From: Scyliorhinus canicula
Taxonomy: Eukaryota
Direction of reading: 5' to 3'
NCBI RefSeq assembly: GCF_902713615.1
Contig: NW_024055491.1
Location: 124,001-188,000, forward strand
Length of the DNA stretch: 64,000 bases
The translations under genes were made by a program, and so were the position numbers. The notes below the pieces were generated by a model. That model was not told the DNA's origin, made no database searches, and was given only the letters and a program-made list of their open reading frames with translations. Within the stretch, counting starts at the first letter, position 1, and the number at the start of each line of letters is the position of its first letter. Positions 62,936 to 64,000 of the stretch are shown here, in pieces.

Positions 62936-63692
62936 TGTAATAATAATTGAGATATGACCCCATGCTATACTAACTTCCTATGTACTTAGTGTAATATAAA
63001 GTGGTCCTTGCTTCAGCATATAAACAGCTGGGATTGAGCCGAGTACAGTAACAACTGAGACCTGCTGTCATAAAATCAGAAAGCTGACCTAACGTAATAG
63101 AATCAGAGACGGTGTCTGGTTAGATATGAATAGGAAGAGGGTCCTTGGCAGTAACAATGGAGACAATCTCTGCTTCATGTAATGTCAGCAATCACGGCGT
63201 CCCTGCCATCAACTGGCCAAACGTTGCTATTGCAATTATTGATTTATAAAATATATTTCATGAGATGTGGCCTCATTAGCAAGGCCCGCATTTATTGACA
63301 ATCACTAACCTCACGAACTGATAAGTTATAGGGCCTCTATTTGTATTTTTAAAGCACACTATCAGCTGTAGCAGGATTTGAACACCGCCTCAGTGAATGA
63401 AGCTGGGACTCTCAATTACTGACCCAGTGACATTACAGTTAACACACTGCTGTCTCTTTAAACAGTCAGGGGGGGTTTTCAGTGCAGAATAAGGCCGTTT
63501 GGACAGATATGGATGTGTTGACCATCTATAGGTGTGATTTGCTGAATACCATTCTTTTCCCGCAGTCTAGCATTGTTTTTCCCTTTGAGATAATAATCCA
63601 AAACCGCTTTGAAAGCAGCAAGTGACCCTGCCACCGCTACACAAATGTCCAGTCCATGCTAACCACTCACTGGGTGAAAGGTTTTATCCTTA

Positions 63693-64000
63693 TGAAATGA
63701 AAATCGCTTATTGTCACGAGTAGGCTTCAATGAAGTTACTGTGAAAAGCCCCTAGTCGCCACATTCCGGCGCCTGTTCGGGGAGGCTGTTACGGGAATAG
63801 CTTATGTCTTCCTGCTTATTTTCCCAATTCCTTCAATCAGGCACTCGGCCCTTCCGCCAGTGGTATAGGTTCCTCCATATCTACTCTGGAGAGAACCCTC
63901 ATGATTTTGAATATCTCCGCCAGATCACGTCGTGACCTGCTCGTCAAGGGACATAGTCGCAACTTGTCCAATCTATCTTCGGAGGTGAACTTGATCACTG
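63693..64000 (-). mobile_element. Short tRNA-SINE 3' part (~63693-63797) adjoining a degenerate CR1 fragment
   Basis: atgaaatgaaaatcgcttattgtcacgagtaggc motif, then ggagagaaccctcatgattttgaa typical of CR1. Confidence 0.65.

Overview
Eukaryotic (cartilaginous fish; the SINE families suggest a catshark-like shark, which is inference only) genomic DNA, mostly repeats. The only host gene I can support is a germline, unrearranged shark IgM-type heavy-chain mini-cluster on the minus strand at the left end: leader (3359-3404), VH (2926-3230), D1 (2475-2486), D2 (2088-2097) and JH (1651-1698). Its recombination signals are well formed (V-23 / 12-D1-22 / 12-D2-12 / 23-J). The constant exons should lie off-window to the left. 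The J-C intron holds degenerate tandem repeats and a Penelope-like insertion that forms a perfect 89-bp hairpin and carries a hammerhead-like motif. The ~60 kb upstream of VH has no other recognisable gene. It contains a full-length L1/Tx1-type LINE (5.74 kb, 11-bp TSD) nested in an old RTE LINE, a near full-length CR1, many SINEs, a dispersed 27-bp A/B minisatellite and a 192-N gap. It also has a two-level tandem duplication (an old ~7.7-kb unit, then a younger ~12-13-kb unit with a microhomology junction) and an intron-containing tRNA-Pro(CGG)-like sequence fused to a SINE inside the CR1. Repeat boundaries were set by eye and are approximate unless a TSD is quoted; identities were not computed.
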